The notes: generated from the letters alone by a model not told the origin. Positions 9,840 to 17,811 are shown, counted from the stretch's first letter. The stretch is DNA of 44,751 nt from a virus (IMGVR_UViG_3300012894_000123:1-44751), one strand, 5' to 3'. Made by a program: numbers and translations.

Positions 9840-10035
9840 GCCGTGCGCGCCCTTTAGCATTTGGCAATTGCCAATTGCCACTTTTTGGGGAATATATGAA
9901 CGGGGGTGCCGGGCATAAAAAAGGCCCTGGCGCTATTGCCAGGGCACTTTTTGGGGTGTGGTGGGTGGCAATTGCCATCGGTGGGGGCTGGCCAGTGGCC
10001 AAGCCGTGGCCTACTTGTGGCCAAGCCGTGGCCAG
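9840..10035. repeat. Repeat-rich intergenic region downstream of terL (candidate packaging site)
   Basis: GGCAATTGCC at 9863 and 9967; direct repeats CACTTTTTGGGG (9879, 9945) and GTGGCCAAGCCGTGGCC (9995, 10017). Confidence 0.55.
9917..9952 (-). terminator. Intrinsic terminator after the terminase operon
   Basis: GCCCTGGC stem with T-tracts on both strands. Confidence 0.7.
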
Positions 10036-10040
10036 CTAGG

Positions 10041-11534
10041 CTAGCCGCGGCCGAGGAAGTACACCTGGTAGCTCTCAGTGCTGCCCCCAAACAAGTGGCC
10101 GTACTTACGATACACGATGTTATCAAAGCAGTCGCTAAGGTGAGTGGCTCGCTCCTGGTCGATACTACTCTTCTCGCTGTTCTTGTTCTTGGTCCAGTCG
10201 GGGTTGATGGGCGACTGCTGGATGGAGATGATGAGGTACTTGCCCTTGTTGCGGTTGATGCGGATAACGGGTAGCCTAGGGTTGTTCTCGGCCAGCAGGC
10301 CATTGATGGCGATGTGCTTGAGGCGGTGGTCGGGGTCGAGGCCCTGCACCATGAGCTGCGAGGTCCACCCCCTAGCCGCCAGGCCTTGCTGGATGGTTTG
10401 GTAGAAGGTGAGGTTAGCGCCCACCTGCTTGTTGTTACCGTTGCGGTCGCCGTAGATAACGACGTGCTTGGCCTCGTGGCTCTCGTAGGCATCGCAGTAC
10501 TTAGTGACCAGCGCCTCGAGTACGGTGGTCTCGCTCTGCTTGACCCACAGCGCATCCAGGCAGCGGAACTCCTGGCCGTGCTCCTGGCACACTATCATGG
10601 AAGTAAAGCCGGCGTTGAAGTCAAACGACAGTTCTAGGGCGCGGGCTGGGTCGCGGTCGGCATCAATGGCCAGGGTGAGGCCAGTCTTATCGTCGTGGGT
10701 GTAGGTGAAGGTTTTCCATACCCCATGCTTCTCTTCGTTGAAGCTAGGGTAGAAGCTGTTGGGTAGTTTGGTGAGGCGCTTATTCATTACCTCCACGTCC
10801 CACTCCAGGGGGCTCATGCCGTTGCGCAGGTCGCGCAAGTACTTCTCCCCTAGCACGGTTACGTTGTCATAGGCGGTGCTTTCGAGAAAGAAGTAATCTT
10901 CCGGCTCGGTCTTAGCCAGGTCCTCTACCTTAAACACCCACTGGCCAGAAGGCAGCCACGGTACCGACGTGTAATCGCAGAAGGTCTGGTGGTGCGCGTT
11001 GCTGAAGCGGTAGATATTGCCGCGAATCATCGGCCGCAGAATCTTATTGACGTGCTCCTCCTTCATCAGGGCCGACTCGTCGATGTGGCCGAAGTCGTAG
11101 TTACCACCCCGCGCCAGCTCGGCCCGGTCCATGCTCAGCAGCTGGATGGTGTAGCCATTCAGGAAGCTCACCACGTTCTCGTAGTTGCTGGGGGGCTGGT
11201 AGGGCTTAATCCAGTCGGCGGGCGGGCGCTTGCCCTTGACGTAGTGCCCGAAACCGGTTTTCTGGTCGTACTCGCGCAGGCCGTGGGCCTGCCAGGCGTT
11301 TTCCATCGCCGGCAGCGTGTTGCTCGACAGCTGGGTGTAGGTGAGGCCCGCCAGAAAGCCCTTGGCCCGAGGCAGGTAATTCATCTCCACCCGCGTTTCG
11401 TGGCCTAGCACGGTGGTTTTGCCCGAGCCCCGGCCACCAACGAAGCTGCGGCGCTTCTGCTTGGCCGAGAGAAATTGCCGCTGCTTATCGTTGACGTAAA
11501 TACGTCGCGGTTTAGAGTTGTTCGAGCTGGCCAT
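10041..11534 (-). CDS. terL: Terminase large subunit
   Basis: Walker A GGRGSGKT, Walker B FGHIDE, nuclease-domain motifs SFDFN and HLSDCFD. Confidence 0.92.
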   Translation of the reverse strand: MASSNNSKPRRIYVNDKQRQFLSAKQKRRSFVGGRGSGKTTVLGHETRVEMNYLPRAKGFLAGLTYTQLSSNTLPAMENAWQAHGLREYDQKTGFGHYVKGKRPPADWIKPYQPPSNYENVVSFLNGYTIQLLSMDRAELARGGNYDFGHIDESALMKEEHVNKILRPMIRGNIYRFSNAHHQTFCDYTSVPWLPSGQWVFKVEDLAKTEPEDYFFLESTAYDNVTVLGEKYLRDLRNGMSPLEWDVEVMNKRLTKLPNSFYPSFNEEKHGVWKTFTYTHDDKTGLTLAIDADRDPARALELSFDFNAGFTSMIVCQEHGQEFRCLDALWVKQSETTVLEALVTKYCDAYESHEAKHVVIYGDRNGNNKQVGANLTFYQTIQQGLAARGWTSQLMVQGLDPDHRLKHIAINGLLAENNPRLPVIRINRNKGKYLIISIQQSPINPDWTKNKNSEKSSIDQERATHLSDCFDNIVYRKYGHLFGGSTESYQVYFLGRG

Positions 11535-12036
11535 CTGCTACCTCTTCAAAATCAATGTCTTCGGTTTGCTCTTGCTCGCGCAGCACGGCCGGGTCGGTCG
11601 AAAACTCCATGGGCGCCGGAATCAGGAAGGCCCTAGGGTCAAGCAGGGTCTTTTCGGGCTCGAATAGCCCCAGCAGCTTATCGGCGTTCTCCTGCGCACG
11701 AATCGCGGCCCCGATGTCGCCGTTTTTGCGCGCCAGGTTGGCCAGTAGCTTGTAATTCTCGTGCGAGATGGTGCGCTGGCCCTTTTTATCGACTTCCTCA
11801 ATCGAGCCGTAGAGCGTGACGCTTTCGCGCACGATGGCGTAGAGCTGCGGCTGGCTCAGGTCGTATTCCTTCTCCAGCGTGGCAATGACCTGGTTGCGGC
11901 CGAAGCCCAGGCACAGCAGACCGTGAGCTTTGCGGTACTTGGCGAGCATTTCCAGCTCGTCCGGCTTCAAGTCGGCCCCGTCGATGAGGTGGGCGCGGTA
12001 CTTGTCTAATTTGTCGGGATTACCGAGTTTTTTCAT
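11512..12036 (-). CDS. Putative terminase small subunit
   Basis: 174 aa helical/HTH-like protein overlapping the terL start; acidic tail EDIDFEEV. Confidence 0.65.
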   Translation of the reverse strand: MKKLGNPDKLDKYRAHLIDGADLKPDELEMLAKYRKAHGLLCLGFGRNQVIATLEKEYDLSQPQLYAIVRESVTLYGSIEEVDKKGQRTISHENYKLLANLARKNGDIGAAIRAQENADKLLGLFEPEKTLLDPRAFLIPAPMEFSTDPAVLREQEQTEDIDFEEVADGQLEQL

Positions 12037-12037
12037 A

Positions 12038-12075
12038 CAAAAGCGGGGTTGCTCCAGTCAAGAAGCAACCCCGCT
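12038..12075 (-). terminator. Intrinsic terminator overlapping the terminase late promoter
   Basis: AGCGGGGTTGCT (12042-12053) / AGCAACCCCGCT (12064-12075), followed by a short T tract on the minus strand. Confidence 0.65.
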
Positions 12076-12093
12076 CAGGGCCTAGGTAGGACG
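12059..12093 (-). promoter_or_regulatory. Late-promoter motif copy (CGTCCTA-N20-GCTTCTTG)
   Basis: TAGGACG at 12087-12093. Confidence 0.65.
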
Positions 12094-12096
12094 GTA

Positions 12097-12417
12097 TTAC
12101 GCGGCCTGCTCTAGGGCTTCGACCAGAGGCTTAGGCAGCCGGTACACTACCGCCGCGATGGTGCCGATGCTGGCCGGCTCGTCATCAACGTACTCGGCCG
12201 CGAAGATGCCCAGGCCGTGCACCTGGAGCAGAATCTCGCCGGTCGCGTGGTTGAACCAGAAGCAGTAGTAGAAGCCGTGCACGTGGATGGTGCACGCGCC
12301 CGAGTAGCCGGCTGGCACCTGGGCATAGCGGGTGAGCCCTACCACGCGCACGGCGTATTCGGGGGCAATGAGGGTCTGGGCGAGGGCCGAGGCGGCGTAA
12401 TCAATGGCGGCAGTCAT
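12097..12417 (-). CDS. Hypothetical protein
   Basis: Start re-assigned to ATG 12417 (MTAAIDY), directly after the duplicated leader; an in-frame GTG at 12552 is an alternative. Confidence 0.6.
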   Translation of the reverse strand: MTAAIDYAASALAQTLIAPEYAVRVVGLTRYAQVPAGYSGACTIHVHGFYYCFWFNHATGEILLQVHGLGIFAAEYVDDEPASIGTIAAVVYRLPKPLVEALEQAA

Positions 12418-12420
12418 GGG

Positions 12421-12530
12421 GTGAGAAGGGGTTACTTGGTGATGTTGATACTGTAAATTTCTTGATACACAGCGAGATACAGAAACCCGAAAACCTTTAT
12501 TTTTCGCTGAAAACCAATTATTTATCCACA
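12421..12530 (-). repeat. Duplicated promoter/leader, copy A
   Basis: Aligns with 14832-14939; ends in TTATCCACA (12522-12530). Confidence 0.85.
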
Positions 12531-12588
12531 GTGGGCTACCTTCGCAGTCCACTTTGGGTCGTGAGAAGCCCAACCTGGTGATATTGGG

Positions 12589-12612
12589 CCCAGCCGGCAA
12601 TTGCCGGCTGGG
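12589..12612. repeat. Perfect 24-bp palindrome CCCAGCCGGCAATTGCCGGCTGGG
   Basis: Read directly from the sequence; contains the GGCAATTGCC core. Confidence 0.9.
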
Positions 12613-12619
12613 TTTTCGC

Positions 12620-13285
12620 TTAAAAAGGGCAATCGTCATCTGCTTCTTCAGGCAGCTGCATGAGGGCCAGCAGGGTGCTGGCGTAGTGCCAGGTGAGGCG
12701 GAAGCCGGCCACTCGTCGAAACTGCTCGGCCAGGCGGTGCCCGTAGCTCTGGGGGCGGTAGGTCTGCGGCCCTAGGGGGTGGGCCACGATGAATTGCCAC
12801 AACTCATCCGGCTCCAGGGGCGGGCCATCGTGGTCGGCGCTGAGGATATCGGCCTGGCTGTCGAGCGGCAGGCCCTCAGCTGAGGTGTAGCGGCGCAGCA
12901 GCTGGGGGGTGAGGTGGTTCACGTCGCCCCACCGGCGCAAGCTGGCCTCGGTGGTCGAGGTAAGCCCACCGGCAATGCGGCCCCAGGCGCTCCCGTCCGG
13001 CTGCTCGCCGCCCGCATTCACGTAGGCCCGCAGCAGCGTCATCGGGCAGTCGCATTCGGTGCACAGCCACTCCAGCAGCTGCTCATCGGTCAGCACCTCA
13101 GGCGGGGCCGGGCGGCTCAGCGCATCGAGCAGGCGCAGCGGTTCCAATCCGCAGGCCGCGAGTAGCTTGGCGGTCTGCACATTGAAGTGGCGCTGTTGCC
13201 CGACTACCGACGCGAAGGCGTAGTAGCCGGGCTCGCTAAGCTCTCGCTTCGCCATCACGCGGGTCTTCTGGTCACCCTTGGGCAT
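12620..13285 (-). CDS. Hypothetical protein
   Basis: Start re-assigned to ATG 13285 (MPKGDQK), overlapping the upstream stop; ends DDDCPF. Confidence 0.6.
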   Translation of the reverse strand: MPKGDQKTRVMAKRELSEPGYYAFASVVGQQRHFNVQTAKLLAACGLEPLRLLDALSRPAPPEVLTDEQLLEWLCTECDCPMTLLRAYVNAGGEQPDGSAWGRIAGGLTSTTEASLRRWGDVNHLTPQLLRRYTSAEGLPLDSQADILSADHDGPPLEPDELWQFIVAHPLGPQTYRPQSYGHRLAEQFRRVAGFRLTWHYASTLLALMQLPEEADDDCPF

Positions 13286-13862
13286 TGCCGTCGAGGTCGA
13301 ATAACCCCGGCTCGGGGCTGCTGATGGCCTGCATCGCCTGGCGCTTGGCCTCCGCTTCGCCCGGCACCTCAGCCAGGTTTTCGAGGTGGCTGCCTTCCTC
13401 GAAAAAATGCTTCCAGCCGCGCCCGAGCTTGCGGCCCTTCTCGTTATGCTTGTCGTGCGCAAAGTCGGGTATCTCCAGGTGCACGTGGTCGTGCAGGCGC
13501 CACTGCGCAATCAGCATCCAGTCCACCAGGCGCGACTTGGGGGCACGGCACAGCAGCAGCACGGCGTGGGTGAGAAACAGGCGCTCGGGCTGGTTCTTAT
13601 CTTCCTTCTTAGCCGCTTGCAGCTTGTAGTGCTGGTAAAGGGCCTGCACCTCGCTCACGATGCCGGGCTGGGCCAGGCCCACGTCCTCGCTGGCCATGAT
13701 GCGCAGCCGCTTCCAGATGTACTCCCCATAGTTGCTGTTGAATAGCTCCACGGCCCAATACATCGCCTCTTCTTCGAGGCCCCGACGGATACACTTTTGC
13801 AGGGCGCTTGACACTTCAAAGAAGTCGTAGCCCTTGGCGGTTCTTAACTCGTACTTACTCAT
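13272..13862 (-). CDS. Stand-alone MgsA/RarA C-terminal-domain-like protein (no AAA+ ATPase domain)
   Basis: SALQKCIRRG..EEAMYWAVEL..YIWKRLRIMASEDVGLA resembles the RarA C-terminal signature; no Walker A. Confidence 0.8.
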   Translation of the reverse strand: MSKYELRTAKGYDFFEVSSALQKCIRRGLEEEAMYWAVELFNSNYGEYIWKRLRIMASEDVGLAQPGIVSEVQALYQHYKLQAAKKEDKNQPERLFLTHAVLLLCRAPKSRLVDWMLIAQWRLHDHVHLEIPDFAHDKHNEKGRKLGRGWKHFFEEGSHLENLAEVPGEAEAKRQAMQAISSPEPGLFDLDGNAQG

Positions 13863-13981
13863 AGGGTTAGGGCAAAGGCGTGGCCAGGCCTCCGACCGCA
13901 GTGGGCCGGAGGCACAGATACACAGTTAGTTATAAGCTGATTTCTACTAAATCTTAAGGGAATTAGAAGTTTTTAATTACC

Positions 13982-14830
13982 CTAGGCGCGCTGCATGTAG
14001 AACTGGTGCGCGTCGATGTGGCGGCCGATGATGAGGCCGCTGGGCGTGGTTTTCAGCGCCTCGGTGGTGTGGTTGTAGATGTCCCACAGGGTACCGTCGC
14101 CGAAGTTGGTTTGCTCCTTTAGCTCGCCCCGGATGATGCGCAGCTGGGCCTCGGTCACTACCGACTCGGAGTAAAACAGCTCCCCGAGGATTTCGTGGAT
14201 GATGCGCGGGTTTACCTGCACCTCGCGCATTTTGTCGCTGTCCTGCTGAAGCTTGCGGTAGTGCTCTTCGAGGCGGTCGGCCGCTTTGCCCAGCATGATA
14301 TTCAGCTCCTGCACCACGTTGCCCTGGTGCATTTGCAGGGCCTTGAAGTCGCCGGCGAACATCATGTTCGAGCAGACAATGACGCGGGAGCCGCCGACGA
14401 CGCCTACCTGCATGCTCTTGTCGTAGCTGTTGCGGAAGCCCAGGCACATATCCTGGTCGCCGTTGTAGCCCTCGACCGTCATGTGGCCGAACATCTGCTG
14501 GCCCTTGCGATTCTCCTGGTACCGCTCGTCTTTCACCACCAGGCCGCGCTTATCCAGCTGCTCCTTCACCGAGTTGATGAGGTCGGCGTGGCTCAGGGGC
14601 GAGTAGGTGCGGGTGCTGGCCGGCACTTCGGCAGCCAGGATGAGGTCGAGCGTGGGCGAGGTGTAGGCGGGGCGCGGGGCTACGGCCGGCTCAGGCATTA
14701 TAAATTCCACAACGGGGGCCGGTGCCTCGACTACGGGCGTAGTCTCAACGGCGGCTTCGGTGGGGGCTACCCAGCCGGCGATGCGGCGGGCTTGGCGGCG
14801 GGGGGCGGGGGTGGCGGTTAGCGTGCTCAT
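13982..14830 (-). CDS. DUF932-like phage/plasmid protein
   Basis: TYSPLSHADLI...LGFRNSYDKS...GSRVIVCSNMMF...TLWDIYNHTTEALK; start re-assigned to ATG 14830. Confidence 0.75.
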   Translation of the reverse strand: MSTLTATPAPRRQARRIAGWVAPTEAAVETTPVVEAPAPVVEFIMPEPAVAPRPAYTSPTLDLILAAEVPASTRTYSPLSHADLINSVKEQLDKRGLVVKDERYQENRKGQQMFGHMTVEGYNGDQDMCLGFRNSYDKSMQVGVVGGSRVIVCSNMMFAGDFKALQMHQGNVVQELNIMLGKAADRLEEHYRKLQQDSDKMREVQVNPRIIHEILGELFYSESVVTEAQLRIIRGELKEQTNFGDGTLWDIYNHTTEALKTTPSGLIIGRHIDAHQFYMQRA

Positions 14831-14831
14831 T

Positions 14832-14939
14832 GTGAGAAGGTTACTTGGTGATTTTGATACTGTAAATTTCCTAATGCGCAGCGATATACGGAAACCCGAC
14901 AATCCTTTTAACTCATTATTTTTCAATTATTTATCCACG
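14832..14939 (-). repeat. Duplicated promoter/leader, copy B
   Basis: Aligns with 12421-12530; ends in TTATCCACG. Confidence 0.85.
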
Positions 14940-14953
14940 GCCAAAAGGGCAGT

Positions 14954-14986
14954 AAAAAGCCCCTGGTGGCAGTCACCAGGGGCTTT
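14954..14986 (-). terminator. Intrinsic terminator
   Basis: AGCCCCTGGTG/CACCAGGGGCT stem with a U5 tail on the minus strand. Confidence 0.8.
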
Positions 14987-14992
14987 CTCAAT

Positions 14993-15469
14993 TCAATGCT
15001 GCTCTTTAGCTTCTTCAGGTCCTTTGGGTTTAGGTCCTTCGGGCTCTTTGAATAAAGCGACCCAGGCTATAACTCCTTGAACTTGCTCTTTGCCTAATTC
15101 TCTTCTAAGGTCGTCGCGCAACGATGAAAGCAAAGGCTCTGGATTAAATAGCTGTAGTTCTACCAAATCCTTGACTAGCTTTTGGATATATTGAATTTGT
15201 TTAGCACTACCAAAGAACTGAATATCAGCAACGGCTTTTTGAAAATCTTCATCAACCTCTTTGAGTCGGCCAGCCTTGTAGTAGGGTATCATTTTCGCAA
15301 GTGTCCTATATGCTGGTATTAGATAAGTGAGGTGCTGCTCTCTTCTTTTAGCAGCTATCTCTCTCTCTACCGTTAGCTTATGTGTTATAAGCCAACCTAT
15401 AGCAAGCAAAAATGCACCAGTCAAAGTACCAGCAAGCCCAATAAAAGCGGGAGCGAGTTTTTCTAACAT
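14993..15469 (-). CDS. AT-rich moron-like membrane-anchored hypothetical protein
   Basis: 158 aa; N-terminal TM helix; visibly lower GC than flanks; TTAGTTTG upstream and its own terminator. Confidence 0.75.
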   Translation of the reverse strand: MLEKLAPAFIGLAGTLTGAFLLAIGWLITHKLTVEREIAAKRREQHLTYLIPAYRTLAKMIPYYKAGRLKEVDEDFQKAVADIQFFGSAKQIQYIQKLVKDLVELQLFNPEPLLSSLRDDLRRELGKEQVQGVIAWVALFKEPEGPKPKGPEEAKEQH

Positions 15470-15510
15470 TTGAGCAGACGATTGAAACCAGATAGTTTGT
15501 GCAAACTAAG

Positions 15511-16248
15511 TCAAAACGGCAGTTTCATGGTTTTTTGGAACTGGTGCTTGCGCTTGGCCAGCTTGTTATCGCGCTTCTCCTGAATCACGTCGCCAAAGCA
15601 GCGCTTCAGTAGCTCGAAGTCCTGGCGCTCGGCATCGAGGTTGCGGAACTCCGCGAGGCCTCCCTGGCCCACGAACGTATCCTTCTGGATAAAGCCAAAC
15701 CGCATGTCTTTATAAATCAGGCGGTGGTGGTAGGCATTCAGGCACGATATCCAATAGTCCTCGTTGCAGATGATGGCCGAGTTGTACCAGAGCTTCGAGC
15801 CCCGCAGCAAGCCGGTGGCGCACCCCGTCACGTAGCCAGTGAGGTTAATCGGGTTGAGCGACTTGTACATCGTCGGGTTGGGGTTGCTGTTGAAGCCCCA
15901 GAGGTAGGCCCCAGCGGCGCGCGCGCAGTAGGCGGCTTCCTGGATGATGGCCAAGGCCCGGCGCTCGTCGATGCTCATCGGCTCGCCGGCCGGCAGGTAC
16001 ATGCGCCGGAAGTCGGTGATGTCGTCATCGAGCATGAGCAGGTTGCCGAAGTGCTGGTACATCCAGTTGCGCTTGTCAGCCAGGCCTACCACACTATCGG
16101 GGTGCAGCACCAGCTGCGCGCCCGGATGCGCGGCCCGGTAGCTGGCCGCCTGGCTCTTGGCCACGCACACGATGGCCGAGGGCAGCAGCCCTAGGGTCGC
16201 GATGCGGCCGGCCCGCTTGTGCGAGGGAATGACTACTTCAACTTGCAT
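15511..16248 (-). CDS. GREB1/TAGT-like GT-A fold glycosyltransferase (putative DNA-modifying)
   Basis: VVIPSHKRA, DKRNW, LLMLDDDI (DxD), NEDY and C-terminal GQGG motifs. Confidence 0.78.
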   Translation of the reverse strand: MQVEVVIPSHKRAGRIATLGLLPSAIVCVAKSQAASYRAAHPGAQLVLHPDSVVGLADKRNWMYQHFGNLLMLDDDITDFRRMYLPAGEPMSIDERRALAIIQEAAYCARAAGAYLWGFNSNPNPTMYKSLNPINLTGYVTGCATGLLRGSKLWYNSAIICNEDYWISCLNAYHHRLIYKDMRFGFIQKDTFVGQGGLAEFRNLDAERQDFELLKRCFGDVIQEKRDNKLAKRKHQFQKTMKLPF

Positions 16249-16856
16249 CGCTCGGCAAAGGCTTTGGCGTCAATCACGTGGGTAAGGCCCACTTCCTGGC
16301 TCTTGTAGCTCTGGCGCTTATCCACCCCCAGCAGCTCGCGCACGTTGTTGGCGTCGATGTCGTTGCGGCAGATAATCACAAACGACTCGTATTTCTCGCT
16401 GAACTCGGCTACGATGGGGTACTCTGGCTCGGCCTTCTTGCCGGCCGCGCCGGCTTCGTCCACCAGGGCGTCCATGGCCGCCAGGCTCAGGCCCACGTCT
16501 TCCAGCACGTCGGCGTAGTCGCCGCGCAGCACGTCATCTATCCACTCGCCCTCGCTGATGTTGGAGGCCAGGATGATTTTCTTGCGCACGTCGGCCGGCA
16601 GCTCGCGGTCGGGCACCAGCACGTTCACCACATAGGCCGGCCCGTACATGCCCAGCAGCAGGTTGTGGCGCTTGTTGAAGGTCAGCAGCACGTCGGCCGT
16701 GTCGAGCGTGGCTGCTTCAAATACCCCCAGCTCGCGCAGCTTCGCTTCCAGCCGGCGGCGCTTCTCCTGGGTAATCTTGCCGAACGGGTTGTTGTCGAGC
16801 GGCGTGAGCTGGTCGAGGCGGCGGGTTTCGGGCCGCCAGGTTATAGTCTGCTCCAC
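16233..16856 (-). CDS. ParB/Srx N-terminal-like protein
   Basis: RRLDQLTPLDNNP..IT...LEAKLRELG...NISEGEW pattern; the canonical GxxR is degenerate (FNKR); overlaps the GT gene. Confidence 0.6.
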   Translation of the reverse strand: MEQTITWRPETRRLDQLTPLDNNPFGKITQEKRRRLEAKLRELGVFEAATLDTADVLLTFNKRHNLLLGMYGPAYVVNVLVPDRELPADVRKKIILASNISEGEWIDDVLRGDYADVLEDVGLSLAAMDALVDEAGAAGKKAEPEYPIVAEFSEKYESFVIICRNDIDANNVRELLGVDKRQSYKSQEVGLTHVIDAKAFAERCKLK

Positions 16857-17014
16857 GTGACGTTGGTTGGTTGTACACGCCGGCGCTCGCGGGTATGCTT
16901 GCGTTCCTGGCGGCGATAGTGGTGAATGGTGGCGCGGTGGCCGTGCCGGTAGGAGGTGCAGCTGCCCGACCCTAGGCCGAGCAGCAACACGAATAGTAGC
17001 AGCAGGTAGCGCAT
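16841..17014 (-). CDS. Small putative lipoprotein with a His/Arg-rich tail (not in ORF track)
   Basis: Hand translation: MRYLLLLFVLLLGLGSGSCTSYRHGHRATIHHYRRQERKHTRERRRVQPTNVTWSRL (57 aa); fills the gap between neighbours. Confidence 0.65.
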   Translation of the reverse strand: MRYLLLLFVLLLGLGSGSCTSYRHGHRATIHHYRRQERKHTRERRRVQPTNVTWSRL

Positions 17015-17016
17015 GA

Positions 17017-17811
17017 CTACTGCGGCGAAGCCAATTGCAGGTCCACGCTGCTCAGCTCGGCTTGCAGCTTCACAATCTTCTCTTCTAGCTCGACCTTCTT
17101 GGCGTCGGTCTGGGCCTTTTCCAGTTTGCCCTTGGCCTTGGAGATGTTCGAGCGCAGGTTACCGCGCTGCTGGAGCAGGGCGGCGCGGTCGATGGCCGGG
17201 GCGGCAGCAGCCGAGTCAGCGTCCGCAGCTAGGGCAGCCTCCGGAGCGGGCGCGGCTTCAGCAGCAGGCTCGCTGGCGGGCTGCTCAGCGGCAGCCGGCT
17301 GCTCAGCCAGGTTGCGGCGCTTCACGGCCAGCGCGTTGTACTGGTCTTGCAGGCTCAGTATCTGCTTCACTACAGCCGGAGCAGCGGCGGGGTCGAGGTC
17401 GGCCAGGCTGTTGCTCAGCTGCACGCGCTGGTTGAAGAGGCGACCCATCAGCTCGGTAATGGCGTCCACCTCAGGGAGGGCAGCGTCGGGCACGTCGGCC
17501 GGCGCGGGCTGCTCAGTAAATCCCTCCAAGGCAGCAATGATGGGGGCAACAGCAGGCACGACCTGCTTCAGGGCCTCGGCAACTATGTGATTGAGCACCA
17601 CATGCACATCGTCCATATGGCCGCCACAGCCGGCCTTCACCAGCTCGTAGCGCAGCTTCTCGCGATTGCCGGCCGATTCCTTCCGCAGCAGGTGCGCCAC
17701 CAGGGCGCGGTTCTTGGAGTGGCGCTGCAACAGCAGCACCCCGGCCTGGTAGTCGGCCGCGTCGCCGGCATCAAGCCAGGCAACAATCTCCCTCAAATCA
17801 ATTTCATGCAT
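17017..17811 (-). CDS. Hypothetical coiled-coil phage protein
   Basis: Start at ATG 17811 (MHEID); helical, with C-terminal NLRSNISKAK coiled coil. Confidence 0.65.
   Translation of the reverse strand: MHEIDLREIVAWLDAGDAADYQAGVLLLQRHSKNRALVAHLLRKESAGNREKLRYELVKAGCGGHMDDVHVVLNHIVAEALKQVVPAVAPIIAALEGFTEQPAPADVPDAALPEVDAITELMGRLFNQRVQLSNSLADLDPAAAPAVVKQILSLQDQYNALAVKRRNLAEQPAAAEQPASEPAAEAAPAPEAALAADADSAAAAPAIDRAALLQQRGNLRSNISKAKGKLEKAQTDAKKVELEEKIVKLQAELSSVDLQLASPQ

Noticed and set aside
9995-10033. Mini-CRISPR array
   Set aside because: Only two 17-bp repeats separated by 5 bp; no spacer-length units and no cas genes
13888-13913. Hairpin GCCTCCG/CGGAGGC as a terminator
   Set aside because: No U-tract on either strand; at most an mRNA stability or processing element
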